Source of the DNA: Lama glama
Taxonomy: Eukaryota
NCBI GenBank assembly: GCA_028534125.1
Contig: CM052816.1
Coordinates: forward strand, 51,462,001-51,526,000
DNA length: 64,000 bases
Reading direction: 5' to 3'
Shown here: one piece after another, positions 12,598-23,504 of the stretch
Layout of the letters: every line of letters starts with the position of its first letter
Position numbering within the stretch: the stretch's first letter is position 1
The notes under the pieces: generated by a model
What the model was told of the DNA's origin: nothing
The model's database searches: none
The model's input: only the letters and a program-made list of their open reading frames with translations
Program-made: the position numbers and the translations under genes

Positions 12598-13354
12598 TGA
12601 CAAGAGAGTGAATTTTTTCTGTTTGCCTAGACCATTTGTGATATTAAGCTATGCAAATAAATATTTTGATTGTTCATTTGGGAGAAGAGGATTATTTGAT
12701 GACTGTCTTGAAGTAAGTGTAGGCTTATCATGAGGAGGAGGATGACTACTTTTTTCTCCCCATTGTTATTGTTGATTCAATGAGGAAAAGTACCTAAAGT
12801 ACTTACATTGTATCAACTGTTAAAGATAAGAATTTCTCCACTGGAATTGAGGGATACCGTGGGAATCTCCCACTTTGCAGGTGTGACTGGATGACATCAA
12901 AATTCCCATTTTCACCCTTGAATCTGTGAAATTTGAAATTATATCATCACAGTGACCAACTACTACCAATAAAGAGGCTGTTAAACTTGGATTACATTCT
13001 CCAGTTACTGCCTTCAGAAGAGAGTTGGCGGGTGCATGCTATGAATGTACGGCCGTCTTAGGCTCTGCTGAAGAATCATAGCATTATCCTTGTGTGTATA
13101 TCTTACTGGGGAGACAAGACGCAGGAAAAGTTAGGTTCTAGTAAAAGGCAGCTTATTTTTATATATGACACAGATTGCTAAGAGCAGAGAATGGCTTTCA
13201 AGGGAGTTAGGAGCCAGAGTAGGGAAGGCCATTCAAGGCAAGGGGAACTGTGTATACAAAGTGATACAGTGTTGACAGGTGTGCCAGGTAGGTTTGTGTG
13301 TGATTTCAGACTGCATAGGGCATAGACTAGCTCTACTGAGGAAGAAAACACTCA

Positions 13355-13565
13355 TAAACACTCACTAAGCACCAAGCTGTATGCTAACTCCAGTACATGC
13401 ATTTTCTCATTCAATCCTTGTAATAACTCTAATATATGGTGAAGAACATCATCTCTGCAGTTGATAAAACTGAGGCACAGAGTGGTTAAGCAACTTGCCT
13501 AAGATTATACAGCTAGCGATTGATGGAGGAGAGAATTCCAACTCAGGTTGTCAGACTTCAGCTAC
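13355..13565 (-). mobile_element. MIR SINE
   Basis: aaaactgaggcacagagtggttaagcaacttgcctaagattatacagctag. Confidence 0.8.
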
Positions 13566-14261
13566 TGGGACTAAAATTTAATTCCAGAAATATTAATATC
13601 ACTTCCCAAAGGAAAAGCACAAACTGAGGTGTGAATTATAGGGCTTGAGAGTAGGGAAATGTCTTCTTCAACAGTATATTCACCCATATCAAGCTCAACA
13701 TGTAGGTATAGTGTAAATGTCTGTAAATGAATAGGCTGTTTCCAGGGAGGGAAGATAGACATGCATAAATAACTACAATATACTGAAGGCTATACGTACT
13801 GATGGACAAGACTGGATAAAATCTGAGGGGAGAGAAAGTTATGCTATAAGCAGTCCGGAGGCATTGAGGATTTTGAGCAGGAGAGTGACATGATGAAAGC
13901 TTATTGCTGAAAACTTAATCTGCTGACTGTGTGCTACTTGTTTCCTTATTGTCAGCAACATTAAGCCACTTGGAACTCCAAGCAAGTTAGATCTGTGGTA
14001 GAGAAAAGAGGAGGAAATATTTCTCTCTCTCATGTCCTGCTCACCAAAATTCTGCTAAATTGATTTAGATGCTGGAACAATAAATTGGAGTAAGAGCAGA
14101 AGCTGAAAATCTGAAGGTATGCTGATACTCTCTGTCCAATCACTATTATTCCTAAGAATGTGAGTATCCCCTTGGGGAGAGGGCTGGAAAGATTGTATGT
14201 TGCAAATATCTAACAGAACTAAGATATAAGTTAATTCATATATGATCATTTTAGAGTTATC

Positions 14262-14870
14262 CATTCATTCGGTCAGTCTGTCATTCAATGGATACAGCTG
14301 ACCCTTGAACAATACGGATTTGAACTATGTGAGTCCACTTAAACACGGATCTCTTTCAAGGGTAAATACTACAGTACTACCCAATCCAAGGTTGGTTGAA
14401 TTTACAGATAAGCAGGAACCGTGTATATGGAGGTCATACTCAGATTTTTGACTGCCTGGAGGGTCAGCGCCTCAACCTCCTTGCTGTTCAAGGGTCAACT
14501 GTATTTGTTTATTGAATGCCCCTGGCTACCTGGTACTGTTCTAGGTCTTGGGACATAGGGATCTGGTATAAGAAGTACAATAAGACAGCTGCCCCCATGG
14601 AGTATGTAAGTCAGTAGCGTTATTCAGAGTATGAACATTTCAGATAGTAACATGTGACTCAGAGGAAAATAAAACAGAGCAACAGGATGAAGAGCGACTG
14701 AGGACGGGGTAGTAAGCACTTTGAAAAGGACTCTCAGAGAAAACCTCTCTGACATTCCAGCAGCCTTGAGTAATGAGGAAAAGCCAGACATACAAAAAGC
14801 AGAGGGAAGAGCATTCCAGGCAGAGGAAACAGCCAGGGCGAAGGCCCTGAGGTTGGAAGTTAGAGGAAGA
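14262..14870 (-). mobile_element. L2 LINE 3' region (interrupted by MER8)
   Basis: cattcattc...tttattgaatgcc...ctggtactgttctagg...gggaagagcattccaggcagaggaaacagccagggcgaaggccctgagg. Confidence 0.75.
14295..14501. mobile_element. MER8 (TcMar-Tigger MITE) with TIRs and TA target duplications
   Basis: TA|cagctgacccttgaacaa ... ctgttcaagggtcaactg|TA: ~17-bp terminal inverted repeats with one mismatch, and TA on both sides. Confidence 0.88.
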
Positions 14871-17800
14871 GGCAACAAGAACTGTGGGCTTTTGCAGTTA
14901 GCCACATTCAGAAAACTTTGAAAAGACATCTGAAATACTCTTCTTCAAATCCTATGTCAGTGAAATAGTTTAACAATTAACAATCCAATGATTCTCATTA
15001 TTAACTGTGTTCTTAATAACCATTTAAAATTTTCCACCTGAAAAAAAGTGGATATTTAAAAAAATCAATTTGAGTATAAACTGACAAATAACAAAAGAAA
15101 TAAAGGTCATAGATAATAAAGAGTCCAAAATATGGATGAAGGATTTCGGAAGATCACCTTGAGGAGGGGGGTGGTGGTTGGAAATGAAAGGCTGAAAATC
15201 ATGCACTATTTATTAATTTAATAAATCTGTCTTGATGTCAATGTAATCGAATGTTGCCACAAAATAATGGTCTCCTGCTGCTACATAAATGTTGAGGCCA
15301 AGCTCTGATGTTTATTTTCAAGACAGGAGACATTGATCCTTCACTAATAGAATATTACAAGTTTATTTCTATTACACTAAGTAACCAAAGTTGATTTCAT
15401 TGTTTGATTTGATGGATGTTGGTGCTGTCAGAATTCAGAATGGTCTGGGGCTAGGAGGCCAAGAGGATGAGCATTTTTTTTCCCTAATTAGGCATCCCTG
15501 GATTTCATTTTAATATAAAATCAATAAAAGAAAACTTTAGGGATACTTAGTCTCTGGGATCTTTCTTATGCCCCAGAAATTGGGACTGTTTGGCACAAGA
15601 TTGTTCTCCCCTGGGACCAAAGAGACTCTAAAGCCAGACAGTGAGTGAGTTGGATGGGGGCTCCACCCAATTGGAAAGGCAACAGGAAAAGTGATGAGAG
15701 GAAAAGACTGCTACAACAATAGAAGGAGGAAGTGAAGCCAAAAAAACAAGAGAAGAAGGAAAGTAACTACAATTATTCACCAGGAAAGAAAAACCGCACA
15801 AGGGGGAAAAAAAGCCAAAGGGAATTGCAATCTGCTGATTTAGATGCAGGGGACCAGATTTTGACCATTTCCAGAGGCAGGGCACTTATTTACAGTGATC
15901 AGTGATTGGATGGCGACGCAACCCAGTCATTCAGGTCTCGCTTGTCCTAAGCAGAATGTGAATTAAAACAAAGACACAGTTTTCAGGTTTATCTTCCAGC
16001 AATCACACAGTCCCACAGATCTGAGAAATGTAATCAAAAGAGGAATGAGCAAAGTGAAGACGGGAAAGAAGATATGAACTCACTAATTTAGTTGGAGTAA
16101 GGAGAACACTCACCTCTTTAAATATCACAAGAGAAATAGATTCATGCTATGCCATTTCTCCTTTTAGTATCCTGTGGTGAGCCAAGGGATTCACTTTACA
16201 ATAATCAAAATGGGGAAATGATGTACTTGATAAAGGACAAGCCTGCAATAAAGCAGGGTGTGGCTTGTGTTTCTGATTTTACCTAATTGGGAGTTGGCTG
16301 TAAGAATAAAATTCATTGCTGCTTACCATGCTGAAGTAAGATCCCATAAGCCCTGCTCGAGTGGTCCCATCTGTATTTACTCAAACCTAAATTCACAAAG
16401 AAGCTTGCCCTTCTAGAATCATAGTAGAAAGAGTTAATGGTCAAGGGTGGTTGGAAGGATGCATGCATCAAATGCCTGAGAGGGCCTAAAGAGATGGGCT
16501 GCCTGAGGGAGAAATGTACTCTTGACATTCACTCGTTGTGTAAACCAGGAAGTTTTGTGAATAGTGATACCTACCTCAAAGGATTGTAGCCAGGTTTGCA
16601 AGAACTGAAGTTCTCACACGGTTGAACCATATTACATTGCCAAAGTCAACCATATTTGACTTGCAAAAATAGCAGTTTCATCTTTTTCAAGCTAATATGT
16701 TCCCACAAAACTTCCCTATTTCTTTCACCTTTTGTCTTTTTGTCAGGGGTTAAGGGGGAAAGAAAGAAAAGGGGGAAGAAAGAGAAAGAACAGGTGAAAG
16801 AAGGGTTGGGAAGGTGGGAGTTTACGTGGTAAAGTCCTTTGAATAAACTGCACTGACTGGGAGCCGAGGAGATGAGATATAGTCCTCTTCCCCTCACCCC
16901 CTTCTCACAACCCTTTAGTGAACTCTCTTCAAGGAGACATGTCTCCTTGTGCCACAAATGATAAATGTTCCTTTAAAAATAAACACTCAAATCATAGAAT
17001 ACAACCGAGAGCTCCTAAAAGGACACAGTGTGAAGGCAAAAACAAAGGAAGCAGTACAGGAAAGTCGGGGTACAGGGGTAACTCTTCCAGAGGAGTGGGA
17101 GAAAATCCTCAGAGCTGGGTTCTTCCATGACCACCCTTCTGTGCAGACCACCTACATCCATGATCAGAGTAAGCTTTTGTTTGCCTTCCTCTTGGAAACC
17201 AGATCAGGCTGAAAAGCTGGGGCAAATGGATTTAGTGCTCCTGGAGCCTCTAATTTCTGGGCTCCTCAGCATCACATACAGTACCATAGAACTCAGTATC
17301 CTTGGTCAGAACTCTCCTTAACCTAGCAACAAGTCTAGCCCTAAGTAGTGTCCACAGTGTTGTAGACACTGATTAAAGTTCTCCTCAAAGAGCTAAAATC
17401 CCATGAGTGTTACAGGGTAGGAGGTAAGCTCAGAGTAGCAGTAGCAGACCATAAGACAAAAATGCGTTCCTTCTTAACTTTCTTAACACTGGCCCCTAAT
17501 ACCAAAGACAACCTGGGTCTTAGAAATCGGGTGAAGCTAATGGGGATTTGCCTTATAATGGTGACTAGCTCCGTATCATGAGGCAGGGGGATCCTTCTCT
17601 GCCTCAAGTAATTAGGTCCAAAGAAAAAGACCTGAGGAGTTTAGAAAGCTGATGATAAAGGATTATAGCATTATTCATCTGATGAGGAATCTGGTTTGTA
17701 TATGTATAATCTCACGATGGTGATGCTAGCAGGTCGCAATTACCACTGTAGAAGACTTACAAGTCTTCAGGAACATACTACAATATATAGGATGGAGTCC

Positions 17801-17984
17801 AACTAGTTTCAAAGACTTTTGGAACACTCCATAATAAAATATTTAAAGTGCCTTCTATATCTCTGGGAAGTACACATGACCCTGATAAGACTGTTTATTC
17901 CTTATGGCTAACTATTGACAATGGCCACATTCAGGACTTACGTTAAACAGATTTCCCACCCCCACCCCCCCCATTTGAATCATA

Positions 17985-18035
17985 CTTTTATTTATCTATT
18001 TTTATTGAAATATAGTTGATTTACAATGTTGTGCT
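17985..18035 (-). mobile_element. Very short L1 3'-terminal fragment
   Basis: T-rich tail then ttattgaaatatagttgatttacaatgttgtg; the same motif occurs at ~31010 and ~46720. Confidence 0.6.
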
Positions 18036-18959
18036 AAACCAACTAACACTTGGTTGAGAAGACCCAGTTATGTTGGAAAATTATGAAAAGCAAATGTAGT
18101 GCTTTTTTTCCCCCCTATGTTTCCATTTCCAATAGAAGGAAATGACACTGCCTGGAATGTTGCACTGCCTCCCTCTTGAGACTGGGGCTTTTGTCAACTC
18201 CAAGAGTGCATATACATCATATTGGTATAACCTTAGTAGGTGAAAAACCATTGTGAAGATTTAGGAATGCACTAACAAAATGTAGTAATACTTTTGAGTA
18301 AAGAACACTCTTTGGCACACTTCCTATTATATAACTTTCAACATTTAATGACAAAAATCCAGCCAGTGAACACTGCAACTGTTGGAATTTGCTTCACAAA
18401 ATGTGCGAAAGTGTGTGAAATTGCCATACGTGATAGCCTTGTTTTTTTTTAATTCATCTTCAGCTTATGCACAATTCTTTGTATCAGAATTATTTTCATC
18501 CAAGTTACTAAATTTCAAATTCTTGGTAGTGTTAAAAAAGACTAGGCATCCTAGAGACGGAACTATTTAGAACCAGTAGATCTGCACACTGTCTCTCCTA
18601 ACCCAACAGTAAATGTTTATGAATACCTAATTTGGGATTTTAAAAATCCAGGGCAATAGGTTAAGAAAACAGTCATTGCCTCAGATTAACTAGTTAAACC
18701 AATAACAATGTGTCAAATAATGTTAATTTGAGGCCCTATTTCATTTATTATTCTAGTATGAGAGACCAGGTTGCATAGTATTACAGTTGTAATGACTCTG
18801 TTCATTCCATTACTTTGGTACATGGCCTGCGGACAGTGTGTGAATATGAGCAGGCTGGTCTGCTCTGCTTGGGAGTGAAGTTTCATACAGTAGTTTGAGT
18901 GACAAACATCTCAGAGCTTGCTCGCATTCCTCTGTGGAATAGTCACTTCTGAGAGAAAG

Positions 18960-19195
18960 AGGTGCGGCTTCATGGTCTGGGAACATGACTGTCAGCCAGG
19001 AACACAGAGTTCTCAGCCTGGAACTAGTTCTATTTTCTTTATGGATCAGATCATGCTAATGAATTTTTCTAGGACTCAGTTTACCCAGTTTAAAAAGCTG
19101 GTTAGGAAAATCTAATTAACTGGGGTATATTGAGTACTAATGAATGGATAGCTGCTAAATAACTTGAAATGAAAAGTGATATGAATGTAAGTAGG
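18960..19195 (+). mobile_element. MIR SINE (degenerate)
   Basis: tctaggactcagtttacccagtttaaaaa core variant with an upstream tRNA-like head remnant. Confidence 0.5.
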
Positions 19196-20779
19196 GAGAT
19201 GTTATTTTCAGAAACTATTAGTTTTACAAAATAAGTAACAACAGTCTTGTCCTTTGGAAAAATTACCCCCAAACAAAAAAATTCATTCTTATGTTTAAAT
19301 AGTTTAATTTTTCTGAATAAATATTATCTATTCTAAATGTTTCTCTTTTTAAAGTCAACATGCTAAATATTTTATGTGATGCAAATAATTAAATTCATGA
19401 TTAGCTTCCATTTAAACGTAAGAGGTAGCCTCTTTGTTCTATATAGCAAAGAAAAATCTTTTCTGAAGTTCCATGCACTGTAAGGATACAGACATTATTA
19501 ACCTTAATGTTTCAGAGAAAAAATTAGGATCAGAGAAATGTATAGTCAATCTAGAGCTTGAGCAGGGTGGTATAATAAACTGCCTGTTTTAAAATGATAA
19601 AGACTTCCAAGAATAAGATTCAGGTTCCAGAAAGAGAAAATTGTGCATATGTGCCCAAACAAAACGAGAGGGAAAAAAGACCTAATGATTGAATAATTGT
19701 AGTATTTTATATCTGACAGAATAAAGTTTTTAAAAAATCAAACTCAAATGCAAATGCTCCATTCTGGTGCCTCAGCTGGTCAGCATTTCCCTACCCAAAA
19801 CCTAACCCCTCAGAATTAATCAGCCTCATATATGAGGTTAAAAAAAACTTCCAAACTTCTAAAAAATACAGTGTGATTCTTTATACTAGGAAGCTTTAAA
19901 TCTCCTATCTATTCCCCCTGTTTAAAAATGAAAAACAGAACAATGGATCTTCAGTTCTGTGTCTGGGATCTCAAATTTGGCTCTGAATATGTGTTTCAAA
20001 TCTCATTAATTACAATATTGGCCCCATGAGATACAGTTGCTGATGCAAAGAACACTCTTTGTACTCAAAATAATTTGAACAAGGGCAAAGAAGCATTTTA
20101 TTTACATGTGTAAACGTTAAGAGGAAAATAAAACAGAGATGATGGTTCAGGTAGCTGCTGAGATAGTTTAATGATAATTGATTTGATTACTTAAGCTGTA
20201 AGGTTACCATGTGTAGGAATAGTCATGTTTTCACTTTGTATATTTGTTGGATCATAACATTCTTATAAAGGTAACTCTGACATTAACTTGGCAAGTTCTG
20301 AACTAAGATCTTTTAGCATTTTATTATTTCCAGACACTAAGACCAAATTGTTTTGAATTCCATACCCTGCTGTGCAGATTTATAATTTATTTATTTTTTA
20401 AATATCAGAAAATATGCCATTATTCAAAAGACTCTTCTGTGTAACAAAGCTGGGAAAAGACCAATCAATGAATAAATTACAGCAATAGCAAATAGTCTTT
20501 CTTGTTTTCTTTCTTCATTTTCCTTTCTCTTTAGGAAACAGTAAATTAAACCATTGCTATTTGTGGTCTTGTACTGTGAGAACACATGTGGTCATACATT
20601 TTCATCCTATTAACAAATCTGTTGGCTCAGTGGGTAGAAAGTAAAGTCTACTGCAAAGATGTGTTAATGCCTTACATGAGGAGGGTCATCTGCTTTGTAT
20701 AGCCACAACCTAAAAGTACTGTTCTGAGAGATGGTGCCCATTGGCTGTCTTTAAATGGGTACTGAAGAGCACAGTTAAA

Positions 20780-20970
20780 TAGCCCTGATTACTTACAAGA
20801 ATCACTTGGGGCTTACAAACAATACTGATGAGATGCCTGGGTCAATTCCCCAGGTTTCTGACTTAGTCTGGGGTGGCGTTCCCAGAACTTGTATTGAAAA
20901 ACAAACAAACCCAAACAAAAAAAATTAAAAATTCTCTTAAGGCAATTCTAATGTATCATGACTGAGAATC
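20780..20970. mobile_element. MER5-like hAT-Charlie element
   Basis: agaatcacttgggg...gatgcctgggtc...ccccaggtttctgacttagtctggggtgg...cccagaacttgtatt...aggcaattctaatgt...tgagaatc. Confidence 0.65.
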
Positions 20971-23308
20971 AGGGCGAATCCCAACTCCAGTGCAAAGATA
21001 TCTTTTTTGTTGTTGTTGTTAGATAATAGTACAAAGCCCACTCTTGGTTTTAAATGGAAAACTTACCTTATTTCAGGTGTGGGCGGCAGCTGCCAGAGCT
21101 CCCTCCTTGACAGCATTCTCTAAGCAGCACCTTATAGGGAATGTTCTATGGGTGACCGAGCCTTGAGATGCTAATAATTGTCTGAGTTAAAGCCAATGGA
21201 AGTAGATAATTGAACAACAAATTACATAACGCTAATGTTGAAGGTAGAGTCTGTAAACAGTGGCAGTCTTACATACACTTGAGCATTTTGAACAAAACTT
21301 CATCAAGAGAGGTTATTACTCCTTCCAGTTCCTCAGAGCCCATGAATGCCATGTCCCCACCACCAAATCACTGCAGGTCATTATAAACAGAGAAGAGAAT
21401 TTTGAGTAAGAAATGGCAAGTTACTTCTCTTATAAATCAATCAACTTTAGCCAATGTGACTTTTTTCACTTTCTTTATCTTCACTTCTTCTATCAGCTGA
21501 ATTTTTGTACTTTTAATAAAAGCACACTTACTTCTCTTATATATTTTTTTGTATGTCAGTCCTCTACTGTTTCTGTCATCTTCTTTTGCTGTCACATTCT
21601 ATGGCTACTTCATTTAATCCTGCTTATTTATTCTTCTTACTTATCTTTTTGCACTTGACCTTTTTCAATTTTTTTTCATTTTCCTTAACACCAGCATAAC
21701 AGGTCCTTCCTCTTTTCCCCCAGGTTTTGATTTATGTTTGGTTACCAGCATCTTTTCTGATTCTCTCTCCCATTTTTACTAAGCGCCCTTCCTTAACCTT
21801 CTGTTGATGTTTTATTCCTATCACTTGCTGTCAATGCCCATATAAGCCATTTCTTTCCATTCCATCTCTGTATCCCCATATACATTTTTATGATCCTACT
21901 ACTAAAAGCTTAAAGCTGTATGTGAGGAATAGAAAGGTATCTTTCCCCATTTGAATCCTATTTGGTCTCCCCTCCCACAGCTGATCCCTGTGGGATTCAA
22001 ACATCATCCTTTCCTGATGTTTTCCCCATCCGACCCCTCACCTGCACCCCTCTTTCCGTCACTCCCTATTTGATGCCCATCTCTTCTTTTTAACCCCAGT
22101 TTGCACTGCCTTATTTTACATCCAAGAATCTCCACAAAGTAAAGGATGGAGTTGTACTGGGAACCAGGTTGTGTGTATTTTAGAAACTTTTGCTCATTTA
22201 CTGAAATGGGATTAGGGGATTGGATCCAGGAATATTCTCAGGCAGACTTTCAGCTCTGGCACAGCGTTGCACACCTTGGAGCGCAGCTGGGGCATATTCT
22301 GATGGACAAGGACTGGGATGTCTTTAAAGGCCTATTAAGGCCCTTTGCATTCCAAAGGTCAGGATGAGTAGGCACCAACGGCCAAGGCTGGAAAAGCAGG
22401 CCAGGTGGTGATACCTGAGGCCCTTTTCTACAGCAGACCTCGCAGGGAAGCCGGTGCGTGGTCAGCGGTGCGCGATTCCGGTCTTAGAGGGGATAAGGTA
22501 GGGGGCCACTGAGGCCCCAGGAGTCACCAGGTCATCTTTGGGAGGGACACCATCTCTAAAAAGAGGAGGCAGGCCCGAGGCAGAATGCTCTCCTGGGATG
22601 CAGGGCGCGGCCCCGGGGACCAGGCGACGCCACCCCAACGGCGCCGAGGGCCAGAGGCGTAGTCCCTCCCCGGGAGGGAAAGCGAGTCGCTCCCAGTCGC
22701 TCAGCCAGAAGGTCGAGGGAACAGCGTGCGTGTCCCTCGCCAGCCGGCCCTCTGGGAGCTGGGCGGGGGCGACACTACAGGGAGTAGGGTCGAGGGCCGC
22801 AGAGATCAATCCTGGGTACCGGCGAGGGGGTCACAGACAGGAGAGGAGCGGCAGACGAGGCTGGTGGGGGGTCCCCAGGGCGGCTGGGGCCGTAGGTCTG
22901 TCTGTGTACTCGGCGGGCGCCCCGAAGTCTGGGGCCGCCACGGCTCCAGCTCCGCCGGCTCCTGCCAGAGACTCCAGGCCGCACTTTCCCCTCCTCCCGG
23001 CTCCTTCTCTCCAGTGAGGAGCCGAGCGCGGGCGGCGCGGGGGGAGGGGCGGCGACGGAGAGAACAGCCAGTTGTTTAAAATCCTTCTAGAGCAGTTTCT
23101 AATTCCCCCCTTGCGCCGGGGTTCGGAGGGGGGAGGGGGGAAGGAGAACGGGTGGAGGGAGGAGAGCGACGAGGGAAGGAGGGAGGGAACTCGGGAGGGA
23201 GGGAAGGAGGGAGGAGACTGCCGCTTAGGCTGTAGCCGCCGCCGCCGCGCGCTTCGGCAGGCCGGAGGGAGGGGGAGGCCTGTCAGTCTCGTGGGTTGCC
23301 CGGGCGAA

Positions 23309-23339
23309 GGGGGCGGAGCCTTGGCGTGGGGCGGCCAAT
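23309..23339 (+). promoter_or_regulatory. GC boxes (Sp/KLF) and CCAAT box near SSBP2 start
   Basis: GGGGGCGGAG at ~23309-23318, TGGGGCGG at ~23327-23334, CCAAT at 23335-23339. Confidence 0.55.
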
Positions 23340-23364
23340 AGTGGGGGTGGCTGCGTGGGTCGCC

Positions 23365-23405
23365 ATGGGGACGGGGCTGTTCCCGGGGAGGCTGTGATGG
23401 GTTGA
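23365..23405 (+). other. Two putative upstream ORFs (MGTGLFPGRL* 23365-23397; MG* 23397-23405)
   Basis: gtcgccATGg strong Kozak at 23365; TGA at 23395-23397 overlaps the next ATG (TGATG); second stop at 23403-23405. Depends on the TSS lying upstream of 23365. Confidence 0.55.
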
Positions 23406-23442
23406 CAGGTGCGTGACAGTGGGAGCTGCTCTCGGCACAAGC

Positions 23443-23504
23443 ATGTACGGCAAAGGCAAGAGTAACAGCAGCGCCGTCCCGTCCGACAGCCAGGCCCGGG
23501 AGAA
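23443..23504 (+). CDS. SSBP2: SSBP2 coding exon 1 (first 20 codons + 2 nt; phase-2 intron follows)
   Basis: ATG TAC GGC AAA GGC AAG AGT AAC AGC AGC GCC GTC CCG TCC GAC AGC CAG GCC CGG GAG AA|GTAAGT translates to MYGKGKSNSSAVPSDSQARE(K). This matches the N-terminus I recall for mammalian SSBP2 (continuing LALYVYEYLLHVG in exon 2). It lies in a CpG island and ends at a canonical donor. Too short for the ORF track. Confidence 0.96.

Noticed and set aside
23235..23246. (GCC)4 in the SSBP2 5' region as an expansion-prone repeat
   Set aside because: Too short; common in CpG-island 5' regions.
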